Shown in pieces: positions 29,133 to 37,200 of a stretch of DNA of 64,000 nt. The notes below the pieces were generated by a model, which did not search any database, had not been told where the DNA came from, and was given only the letters and a program-made list of their open reading frames with translations. Every line of letters starts with the position of its first letter. The stretch's first letter is position 1. The position numbers and the translations under genes were made by a program. Source of the stretch: a virus (Duplodnaviria; Caudoviricetes); IMG/VR virus record IMGVR_UViG_3300014057_000005, positions 32,001 through 96,000 of that record; one strand, given 5' to 3'.

Positions 29133-29771
29133 TCAATAACTGATCGTGATCTCGTGTGTTGCGTTTGCGACCTGAATCGCCGCATCAACACCTGCCTCAA
29201 AGGCATCGACCTCATCCTGAAGCTTTTTCGCCTGTGTCATCGCCCCAAGCGGGTCAATCAGAACCACCTGATTGTTCTTCTTGAAGCTCTCGACGAATTC
29301 CATGTAGTCGGCGGAACTCGACTTCTCCTTTGCGCCAAACATTGCGGCGGCGGCGGCTTCTGCGGCGCGATCGAGCTTATCTCCGTTGGCTGCAAGAGCT
29401 TTACCACGGGCGTTTTCATACTGCGTGTTAAGCCTTAAAATCAGCGCACGCTTCCAGCTGTCCGCGAAGTTGTTAAGGAAGATCGCCTGCGCGATGGTGT
29501 ACTCGTGTCCGGCAACAATGATCGTTGTAGACGCGTTGTACTGGCTTACAGCGGCCTTCATAGCTTCATATCGAGCCAGAAGATCGATTGCGGACTGGAA
29601 GTTCGCCTTTGCTGCCTTCTCGAAGGCTTCGATATCAACACCAGCCACCTTTTTTGCAGTAGCCTTGTTCGGCTCAACCGCGTCCAGATCGTTAAGGGCA
29701 CGATCAAATTTCTTTTCAGCGGTTTTAATTTCGCACAGTGCCTGATGGACGGTCATAGTTTCAGTTCTCAT
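29133..29771 (-). CDS. Helical/coiled-coil protein (DIP1984/DUF6847-like by recollection)
   Basis: ATG at 29771 after GGAGGG; MTVHQAL.EIK...YTIAQAI...LIDPL...VDAAIQVANATHEITI. Confidence 0.7.
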   Translation of the reverse strand: MRTETMTVHQALCEIKTAEKKFDRALNDLDAVEPNKATAKKVAGVDIEAFEKAAKANFQSAIDLLARYEAMKAAVSQYNASTTIIVAGHEYTIAQAIFLNNFADSWKRALILRLNTQYENARGKALAANGDKLDRAAEAAAAAMFGAKEKSSSADYMEFVESFKKNNQVVLIDPLGAMTQAKKLQDEVDAFEAGVDAAIQVANATHEITISY

Positions 29772-29809
29772 ACATTTCCCTCCGTAATAAATACTATTGT
29801 TTTTAGTAA

Positions 29810-29881
29810 CTGGGGTGGCAGGATTCGAACCTGCGCGTGTAGGAGTCAAATTCCTAAGCCTTACCGCTTGGCAACACCCCA
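29810..29881 (-). tRNA. tRNA-Gln(UUG)
   Basis: TGGGGTG-TT-GCC..GGC-T-TAGGA-ATTTGAC-TCCTA-..GCAGG-TTCGAAT-CCTGC-CACCCCA-G; U1-A72 pair typical of tRNA-Gln; no encoded CCA. Confidence 0.92.
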
Positions 29882-29884
29882 AAA

Positions 29885-30066
29885 TGTCAATCGGAACTGG
29901 ACGACATGTTGCTAGAGTCGTGCATGTGCCTATCTCTAGATTCGGTTGAGTCGCGACCTCAATTGCAATGGTTGTATGGAAAGCGCTGCCCTTTCCCGGA
30001 ATCATTCCGCCGTCGATTTTTGCCTTCACGTCTAAAGGCTTTTTGTTCAACCAGTTCCTTTTGACA
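29885..30066 (-). ncRNA. Candidate ~180-nt multibranched ncRNA starting at the predicted promoter +1
   Basis: Closing stem UGUCAA..GGAACUGG / CCAGUUCC..UUGACA plus five internal hairpins. Confidence 0.6.
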
Positions 30067-30072
30067 ATAAGG

Positions 30073-30124
30073 ATTATACCATTAGTCCACATGTATGTCA
30101 ATACTGTTTGGGACTATTTTTATA
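30073..30124 (-). promoter_or_regulatory. SigA-type promoter TTGACA-17-TATAAT with upstream AAAATAGTCC motif
   Basis: -35 at 30096-30101, -10 at 30073-30078, motif starts at 30111. Confidence 0.85.
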
Positions 30125-30154
30125 TAATTTTATAAGCGCTCACTTAGGACGACA

Positions 30155-30592
30155 TCATTGCTCGCCAGTGGAACCGAATCCGCCTCCCCCACGCATTGTC
30201 TCATTAAGAGTATAAACCTCTTCGAACTCGACCTGCTCATAAGGAAGAATGACAAGTTGTGCGACACGCTCATCGCGTCTTACCACGCGTACGAACTCAC
30301 TGTCGTTGTGGAGCGCGACCTTAATCTCGCCACGATAGTCAGAATCGATTACGCCTACGCAATTAGCCGGACGCAGCCCCGCCTTACATGCAAGTCCGCT
30401 TCGTGCAAACACCGCTCCGAAGTACCCGTCCGGGATTTCTACAGAGATCCCAGTAGAGATGAACACGGTCTCACCGGGCATTATTGTCGCCGCCTCAAGT
30501 ATGTCTGCGTAGAGATCATAACCTGCGGCGGCTTCCGACCCACGCGTGGGAGCTTTTGCGTTTTTGTCTTCCTTAGTGAATCTGATAATCAT
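30155..30592 (-). CDS. dut: dUTPase
   Basis: AGYDL, ARSGL, GVIDSDYRGEI, RVAQL, RGGGGFGSTG. Confidence 0.95.
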   Translation of the reverse strand: MIIRFTKEDKNAKAPTRGSEAAAGYDLYADILEAATIMPGETVFISTGISVEIPDGYFGAVFARSGLACKAGLRPANCVGVIDSDYRGEIKVALHNDSEFVRVVRRDERVAQLVILPYEQVEFEEVYTLNETMRGGGGFGSTGEQ

Positions 30593-31205
30593 CAAAGAGC
30601 GGCACCTTCTTTCCTGTTCTGGCATCGATTGCCGAGTTGTCTGAGCGGTTACTGAAACCGTCTGTATACTTCTTCCGCGCCTTCTGGAATGCGCTACTAT
30701 ATACATAACCGCACGTTTTCATTTCGGGGCAGAATCCGCGATACACACATTCCGGTACAAGTACGGAGCCAAAAATAGGATCATATCTGGCAATCAGACG
30801 CTTCAGCTGTAACATGTATTCTCTTGTCTCTGGTGCCGCCTGCCTGCACAGACGTTTCCTCGCCATGTTGATAAGAGCCTGCGCGTTTGCCTGCCCTTCG
30901 AGATTTACAGGCGCATCCTGTGGCAGCTCGCTCCTCGGTGTCCCTTCCTTCGTTCTATCGCTACGCTGGGTTTTACACCACCAAAGGGTATGGACGTGCC
31001 TTACGAAGTGCATCGCGACCCAATAAGGGATGTCTACCCATCGCCATTTCACCTCGTACTGGCGAATCGGGCTGTGCTCCGCCATAAAGAGTTTGCGTTT
31101 CCACTCGTCTGACGGATCCTTGCCTTTCTCGAGCTTGCCAATCGTGACCATACAGCTCTCTTTGATTTCGTTCCAATTGTTTCTAATAATAAATTTGTCA
31201 ATCAT
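30573..31205 (-). CDS. thyX: ThyX-like flavin-dependent thymidylate synthase (divergent)
   Basis: EHSP, FVRH, QRSDR, RLC..A..ETR, PECVYRGFCPE. Confidence 0.7.
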   Translation of the reverse strand: MIDKFIIRNNWNEIKESCMVTIGKLEKGKDPSDEWKRKLFMAEHSPIRQYEVKWRWVDIPYWVAMHFVRHVHTLWWCKTQRSDRTKEGTPRSELPQDAPVNLEGQANAQALINMARKRLCRQAAPETREYMLQLKRLIARYDPIFGSVLVPECVYRGFCPEMKTCGYVYSSAFQKARKKYTDGFSNRSDNSAIDARTGKKVPLFDDYQIH

Positions 31206-31220
31206 AAAACTCCCCCTTCC

Positions 31221-31694
31221 CTAACTTATTCTTCTGGCGTATTGGTTGCCAGACGCGAGAGTAACGCCGAGCACCTTATCGAAATGCGGTTCATCGCCCG
31301 GAATGTAACGCCCGAATTTAACGACAATGTTGGCAAATTTTTTTAGCTCTTCGAGCTTGTCCGCAATCTCATTCTCATAGTAGCCAGTGTAAATGACGAT
31401 GTCGTCTTTGGTGTACTGACGCAGCATAGACACGAGGAATTTAAGGTCTTCCCACGAATCAAACGGTTCAAGCCCTTGCATCACAATTGCCTCAGATATC
31501 ATGTTGGAGCGATACATCTCAACAAGGTCGTAGGTAATAATGTCAACGTCCGGCTCGTGAGCCAGCATACCGTTATGGCAGACTGGCTCGCCGCATTCTT
31601 GCTCGCATTTGAAATCGCAGTAGGGAAATTGAATCACCATTGCCGGAACTTTATAGTTCACAAAGTCCTCAGCAATCACTCCCTTAATTTTCAT
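31221..31694 (-). CDS. nrdG: Anaerobic RNR activating enzyme (radical SAM)
   Basis: CDFKC......CHN, GLEPF, YTGY, KFGRY, ASGNQ. Confidence 0.85.
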   Translation of the reverse strand: MKIKGVIAEDFVNYKVPAMVIQFPYCDFKCEQECGEPVCHNGMLAHEPDVDIITYDLVEMYRSNMISEAIVMQGLEPFDSWEDLKFLVSMLRQYTKDDIVIYTGYYENEIADKLEELKKFANIVVKFGRYIPGDEPHFDKVLGVTLASGNQYARRIS

Positions 31695-34578
31695 GCGATA
31701 TCCCCCGCTGTTTTGTTAATAGGTTCCCAACGCCTCATACCATACTCTGCGGTGCGCTCGGTTGACCACGTCTTGGTCTTTGTGTAGAAACCAACGATCC
31801 GCGTGTATTCCGAATCGACAGGATTCCCACATTCCGGGCAAACCTTACCGTAAAAGGCGTGATTGTGCTTGCAAGCTTGGATTTTTGTATTGAACGCAAA
31901 GTACGTGACTCCTTGGTCGGAGATGTAGTTTGTCATCTTCCAAGCCTTGTCGAAGCTGTCAAACGGCGCGTCAATGTTGGCGTGGAGAATTGACCCGCCA
32001 TTGCAAAAGCCGTCAAACATCGCTTGGATCCTTACGCGCTCTTGGAGCGTGGTCTGGATGCCAAGAGGAATAAACTGATTCCCATAAAGGGGTAGTTCAT
32101 AGATTTTTGCCTCCGGGTAGAAGAACTTATCCTTCTTCATGAGTTTCGCCGCAGCGCTTTCGCCCGGGATCTGCTCCGTATTCACCATGTAATCACAGTG
32201 ATTGTCGGCGATAAATCGGTCTGCTTCCTCACGCATTACCTTGAAGATCCGCTCGCCAAATCTGGCCGCGTCTTTCGTATAATAGGCGTTGCCGAGGCTA
32301 TCCTTGCGAACATACCCGAACCGCTTCATGGTTTCAAAAATACCAATGAAACCAATGGTGTTGTACAGGTGCTCGAAGTCTACAAGACCATACGAGAAGT
32401 TGGGCAGAAGCCCCTTCTCCACATTGCGACGAATAATGCTTCGCACACAATCGAGCGCTTGCAGGTCTAACTTCGTTCTGCGCCGCAGTTCCTGAAGGTA
32501 CTCTGCCTCGCTGTTGGTGTCTAAAGCGATCCTTGCAAGGTTGATTGTAGACACCTTGACGGATCCAACTTTAAGCGCCGTTCCGCCGATGGAATTAAAA
32601 TCAGTAACCCAATATTTTCATACCGGTCTGGACTATTTCTTATACGCTTTTCGCGCACACCCCCATTTCCAGAGACGTATCAATAGTCCCCGTACTTCTC
32701 TTGGCGAGAATAGTCTCTACAGGCTCCTAGAAATAGGCTTCCCACGAGATTAGCATATCTTACGACTTAGCCTTCCTCGTTAGCCAGCTTTGCGCTGACC
32801 CCGCCGATAAGCGGTAAAGGGGTGATAGGGCATTTTTACATACCCGAGGTCTTCTATATTTGACTTAAGGCGGCAATTATGAGTAATAATCCCGTTCGCC
32901 AAAGTGAAAATTGGTTCGGCTTCCGCATCTAAAATTTCAAGGCAGTACGATTCCTTAATGGAACCATCAAGCCTCTCGATTGACTTAATGCGTACCCAGT
33001 GATCTACTTCTTCAAACGGAAGGAAGTCATCGAGCGTAAGGTCTTTCGATTCAACGTACGGCTTTCCATGAACTTTATTAAGGTGGTTGGCCGTTGTCAT
33101 AAGTTCTGCCCCGTTATGCAAAGTAATTTTGTATTCTACAGGGATTTCAAATCGGTTAACTTTGCACCTTACAAGTCGCTCATTTGACCGCACGAAAAAG
33201 TATTCTTTTTTGCTTCCGGCGTAATGACTATAGAGGTCATCAATCCTCTCTGTTTTTTTTACGCCGTCCTCGCATTCCCAGTAGTCAATTTTTGTATCAG
33301 GCGCAAGCGGACAATTCGACAGGCTATTTACAGAGTCATCTACAAACAGGTTGCTATCCGACCATTTCATATTGTGGCGAATCGCCCATTTTGCGAATTC
33401 CTCGTCCACGAACTTCCCGTCTTTTCTCAGCAATGAGATTGTCGATACAGGAAACGTGAACATATTTTGACTTCTAATCTCAGACATGACTTCCATGTAA
33501 AGCTTCTGGAACTCAATCATCTCGTCCTCGAAGTCAATCATAAAACTGCCGTCCGGGAAGGTACTGCCGCCAAAGAGAGCCTCAAAATACGGCCTATCGA
33601 AAACCGATGTATTTGTGAAGGCGCTTTGTGAACCATCTCGGACATATGGCTGATTCCGTATAAATCCAACCTTATGATTTTGGTTGGCACTGACTATTTC
33701 TTACACGCATAAAATAGCGTGAACACCCATTTCCAGAGGCGTATCAATAACCTCTGTACTCCATCGTCATGGATAGTCGATACAGGTTCCCAAATCATTT
33801 GGGCTTCCCACGAGATTACCATGCCATATTGCCAAAACAGCAAGGCTTCCTCGTTAGCCAGCTTTGCGCTGACCCCGCTGATAAACGGAAAAGGTGTTAC
33901 CGGCGAATTTCACAGCACCGCGTACAAAAATCGCTGAAAGTTCTGCCTCGCATACTCGGTTTCACGATGCGCCGTCTTGATTCCAAGATAATCATGCTGC
34001 ACATCCTGTCGCCAGAAGTAATACATGTACGGGATCAGGTTAGGAAGTCCAACAGCGCCCGAACTTCTGTTGCTGGCAAAACTGATAAACTCTTTTACAA
34101 AGTCTACAAACGTAATTAGATGCTTTGCAGGTGAAGGATTCTGCCCTTCGATAAAGTACAGACCCTTCTCAGCAAGATCTTTAAGGTCGTAGGCAAAACA
34201 ATAATGCTTAAACGTGGAGGTGTCTGCGTCATGCATATACAGTTCACCAATCCACTCAGATTTCAGCCATTCATTGGCGACTCTAAAGCCATAACGCTTC
34301 TGCATCTCATAATAAATCTTGTTGAATGCCAGAAGCTTACGGTGCGGCTTCGGCATCTCGTTAAGAAGCGTCACCATGTCTTTGTGCGAAACATTGCTAT
34401 TACCGTCAATTGACGAATCCGCCACAGTGTCTGTGTCAACAAAATTGTCAATAAAGTCGGTATAGCTTAACTGAGTATCAGAAAATCCGTTAATCGCGGC
34501 AATTTCTGTGCCGTAGTCACTCTGCATCCGGTTATACTGAGTGACAAAATTTTTATCAAGCTTGATATTAATGTTCAT
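31691..34578 (-). CDS. nrdD: Class III ribonucleotide reductase, join(34578..33917, 33656..32842, 32601..31691); 795-aa precursor, 650 aa after intein removal
   Basis: Spliced frame reads YAV|NQPYVRDGSQSAFTN, SNC|CRL and LGY|FNSIGG; glycyl-radical loop YTRIVGFY; C-terminal zinc site. Confidence 0.92.
32602..32841 (-). mobile_element. Group I intron 2 in nrdD (240 nt, no ORF)
   Basis: 5' exon ends in U (GGGU), intron ends in G; IGS AAAAU-GCCC forms P1 and P10; GACUA and AAGAAAUAGUC P7 strands. Confidence 0.88.
32876..33310 (-). mobile_element. Mini-intein (145 aa) in the NrdD active-site CC motif
   Basis: PLAPDTKI block A, TANH block B, YCLEI block F, NGIITHN|C block G; no endonuclease domain. 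Confidence 0.88.
33657..33916 (-). mobile_element. Group I intron 1 in nrdD (260 nt, no ORF)
   Basis: 5' exon ends in U (CGGU), intron ends in G; IGS AUUC-GCCG pairs with both exons; GACUAU and AAGAAAUAGUC P7 strands. Confidence 0.88.
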
Positions 34579-34781
34579 CAGGACTCCTTAGAATTGACCC
34601 ACGCTACCGCTTTGGAGAAGTCCATCAGTTCGCCATCGACCTCGAGCATCGGGGCGGACAGGAAGCCTTTCTTGCGCATTTCTACGATGTCCTCGACCAC
34701 ATCGAATTCAATACCTTTCGCAGTCAGCTTCTGAGTAAGGACGTTGCATTTAGGGCAGTGTGTAGAATATAATGTAATCAT
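34578..34781 (-). CDS. Glutaredoxin/NrdH-like redoxin
   Basis: YSTHCPKC, SAPMLEVDG; adjacent to nrdD. Confidence 0.85.
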   Translation of the reverse strand: MITLYSTHCPKCNVLTQKLTAKGIEFDVVEDIVEMRKKGFLSAPMLEVDGELMDFSKAVAWVNSKES

Positions 34782-34847
34782 GCGTTCTCCTTTCATTCTG
34801 GTTGACGAGTTACTGACCTACTACAAACAATGGCATCACCCCCTACA

Positions 34848-35051
34848 CTAAAATCTCTTTAGCGCCTCGATTTTCTCTCTGGCGATATCAATAAACTGTG
34901 CGTCCTCTGTATAGAATGGATCCGCGCCGCCACTCTCTATGCTCTCAAAAATAATTGTCATAAACTGCCCGAAGCGTAGCGCAGGCACTCTTTGCCAAAT
35001 GACCCGCAGGTCAGTGCAGAAGTTCTCTATGGCTTTGTTGTCTCTGTTCAT
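34848..35051 (-). CDS. Hypothetical protein
   Basis: W..VPALRFGQ...DPFY.ED motif. Confidence 0.65.
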   Translation of the reverse strand: MNRDNKAIENFCTDLRVIWQRVPALRFGQFMTIIFESIESGGADPFYTEDAQFIDIAREKIEALKRF

Positions 35052-35062
35052 GCCAGACCCTC

Positions 35063-35539
35063 TTATAAATAATTCGCAAAGATATGCGTTCTTAGCGCCT
35101 CCGCGTCCTCGAAGCAGGCATCGCTAAAGTACCAAACGAACGGATGAATATCCTCGTGAGGAATCTTGTCCGGGTTGTACAGTAAGATGGGGATCCCGCA
35201 TTGGAACGCAGCGGTAATCTCAGCCATCGTCCCCAGAGAATCTTGCCCCTTGCTAATTCTGGCGACAATTAAATCAGACGACAACACTGATCGAAGTTCC
35301 CATCGGATATACTGCTTCGGGTCAGTATCAACATCATCAACTGTATTGAAGTAATCAGCGGGGTTAATGATTTCGAAGGGTTTTACTAGGAATTCAACGC
35401 CATTCTTGCGCATTTCTCTAGCAAACTGGTCGCGCCACTTGCTCATCTCTTCCAGAGTAAGCCCGGTCATCTTACCTGCCAGATAGATTTTGAAATCAGT
35501 GTTTTGTCTCACGCAGCACCTCTTTCTTGCAAACCCCAT
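35063..35539 (-). CDS. Nucleoside 2-deoxyribosyltransferase-like protein
   Basis: IYLAGKM...WR...INP...SDL...SLGTMAEI; start may lie slightly downstream. Confidence 0.8.
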   Translation of the reverse strand: MGFARKRCCVRQNTDFKIYLAGKMTGLTLEEMSKWRDQFAREMRKNGVEFLVKPFEIINPADYFNTVDDVDTDPKQYIRWELRSVLSSDLIVARISKGQDSLGTMAEITAAFQCGIPILLYNPDKIPHEDIHPFVWYFSDACFEDAEALRTHIFANYL

Positions 35540-35875
35540 TCTTGTTTGGCGACCACTTGCACTGAAGCGTCAGCACATTGAATGGTTGGTGATTATGATG
35601 CCTCATGCAATCTACGTGGTCGCACTTCCAATTGGAGCAGTAGACAAATTCTTCCTCGGACGGTATCATCACAGATACCGCCCATTCAGAATCACATTAA
35701 CTACTTCCGGGTTGTAGTAGTGCTTCGGCGCACCATCATCATCTTTCTCTTCGAGATAATCGCAGAAGTAATAAATTAGCATACCCATCGTGGTCTCATC
35801 AGCTTTGAGTTCCGTATACTCTTGCCTTGGAACTTCAATAGTCGGCGTTTTAGCTGTTTCCATCATCAATTCTCC

Positions 35876-36130
35876 TTATGCCGTATGGCTCTTCGCAAAC
35901 TCACGTTCTCCGAGAAGTTTTTTCATCCTGTTCATGTACCACGCGGCTTTTTCAAGAGATGTTCCGTTTTCTTTAATATCGTTGCGCCAGAGGTATTTGA
36001 ACGCGTTGCCAAGACAGAAGCCAATCGTGACATCATATCCAAGCAGTTCGGTCATCGCGTCGATGCACTCTACACCGCCTGCACCCGTGGTATAGTGTTT
36101 TGGATGATTTACTTCGTTATATTCACTCAT
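35876..36130 (-). CDS. DUF3310 / T7 gp1.7-like protein
   Basis: VNHPKHY..ECIDAM..FCLGNAFKYLWR..KAAWY. Confidence 0.85.
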   Translation of the reverse strand: MSEYNEVNHPKHYTTGAGGVECIDAMTELLGYDVTIGFCLGNAFKYLWRNDIKENGTSLEKAAWYMNRMKKLLGEREFAKSHTA

Positions 36131-36139
36131 CGGTTCTCC

Positions 36140-36415
36140 TTAAAAAGCCGCCCCGCAGTTTCTACATACGCGTTCGGTTTGTGGCACATCGATATTTCGC
36201 TCAATATGCTCGCGCCCAACAACACGGTCTGTCAAATAATCTTGCATGCAGTGAGGGCACACATCATAAACCCGACAGATCCTATCAATTTCTCTTCGGA
36301 AATCTTCGTCCTCGGTATGCTCGTATAACTCTTGAAAAATTGCCACAATATCGAGCACATCCTGTTTACCCATCTGCCCACTATTGCGATAATATTCTTC
36401 AACAGCATCTATCAC
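36140..36415 (-). CDS. Zinc-finger hypothetical protein
   Basis: CPHC...CRNC. Confidence 0.55.
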   Translation of the reverse strand: MIDAVEEYYRNSGQMGKQDVLDIVAIFQELYEHTEDEDFRREIDRICRVYDVCPHCMQDYLTDRVVGREHIERNIDVPQTERVCRNCGAAF

Positions 36416-36651
36416 GTTATAAGTGCAATCGATTTGTATCCCTTCTTTCTATTCTGGCTGGCGCGTCCACACTTTATACGGGTAAACCCACTTTAGCCCT
36501 GACGATTTTAGCAACGCATTCAACTCTTCATCGCTATTAAACTCGCCAATATATGAATCAGGCTTCCCGTATTTCCCACATTGTAACTGCTCATCTGGCA
36601 ATTTCTCTGGGTAAGTGTAGCCACATCCGTAAACACATTTATAAAGAAACA

Positions 36652-37200
36652 TCAGCCAACCTCTACCTTGCTACGCACCACGTTCGCGCAGATTTCCCAT
36701 ATAAGTCTTGGCATATCCTCTCTGTTGACAAATAGCGGAACCATCTGGTTGTTCGCCTGTACCGTCAGAATCGACCTCAAAAACGAATTCTCGTTAAGGT
36801 TGCTTCTGTATTCATGGTTCAGGATGCTCGATAGACTATCATCCTCAATGAGGAGATACGCCCTCTCGGCTTTCACCATACGGTCAAATTCGCGTAGGAT
36901 TCTTCCGTTATCCTTGCTGCTATTGGCAAAGTTTCCGGCCAGTTCGTCAACGCTGTTCTTACGCTCGATTACCAACTCGTCAGTAAAATAGAGGTCGTGC
37001 GAGTACCAGCCAAGCTCGGGAGCGGCTTCGAGCATGAAATTGTAGTCCCCTGTTTTAAGGGCTTTCCTCTTCCACCGGATCCCCGAGGCGTCCCAAGCGT
37101 CTAGGTATGGCTGATTCTTTTGCTCTCTGGTATCAACCAGAATCACCATCTTTTCGGTAATCAGCTTCCTATAGTTTTTATCGGTTAAATGTAACTTCAT
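36652..37200 (-). CDS. ERCC4-domain nuclease
   Basis: VDTREQ, LKTGDY, IERKNSVDEL. Confidence 0.85.
   Translation of the reverse strand: MKLHLTDKNYRKLITEKMVILVDTREQKNQPYLDAWDASGIRWKRKALKTGDYNFMLEAAPELGWYSHDLYFTDELVIERKNSVDELAGNFANSSKDNGRILREFDRMVKAERAYLLIEDDSLSSILNHEYRSNLNENSFLRSILTVQANNQMVPLFVNREDMPRLIWEICANVVRSKVEVG

Noticed and set aside
29885-30066. 6S RNA assignment
   Set aside because: The length fits, but the visible pairings give a multibranched fold rather than a rod with a central bubble; left unassigned.
29772-30101. N-terminal 109 aa of the listed 322-aa ORF
   Set aside because: It runs through a promoter, a structured RNA and tRNA-Gln; a good RBS and ATG exist at 29771.
31691-34578. 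nrdD as a pseudogene or three separate genes
   Set aside because: Removing two group I introns at U|...G boundaries restores one continuous frame with intact motifs.
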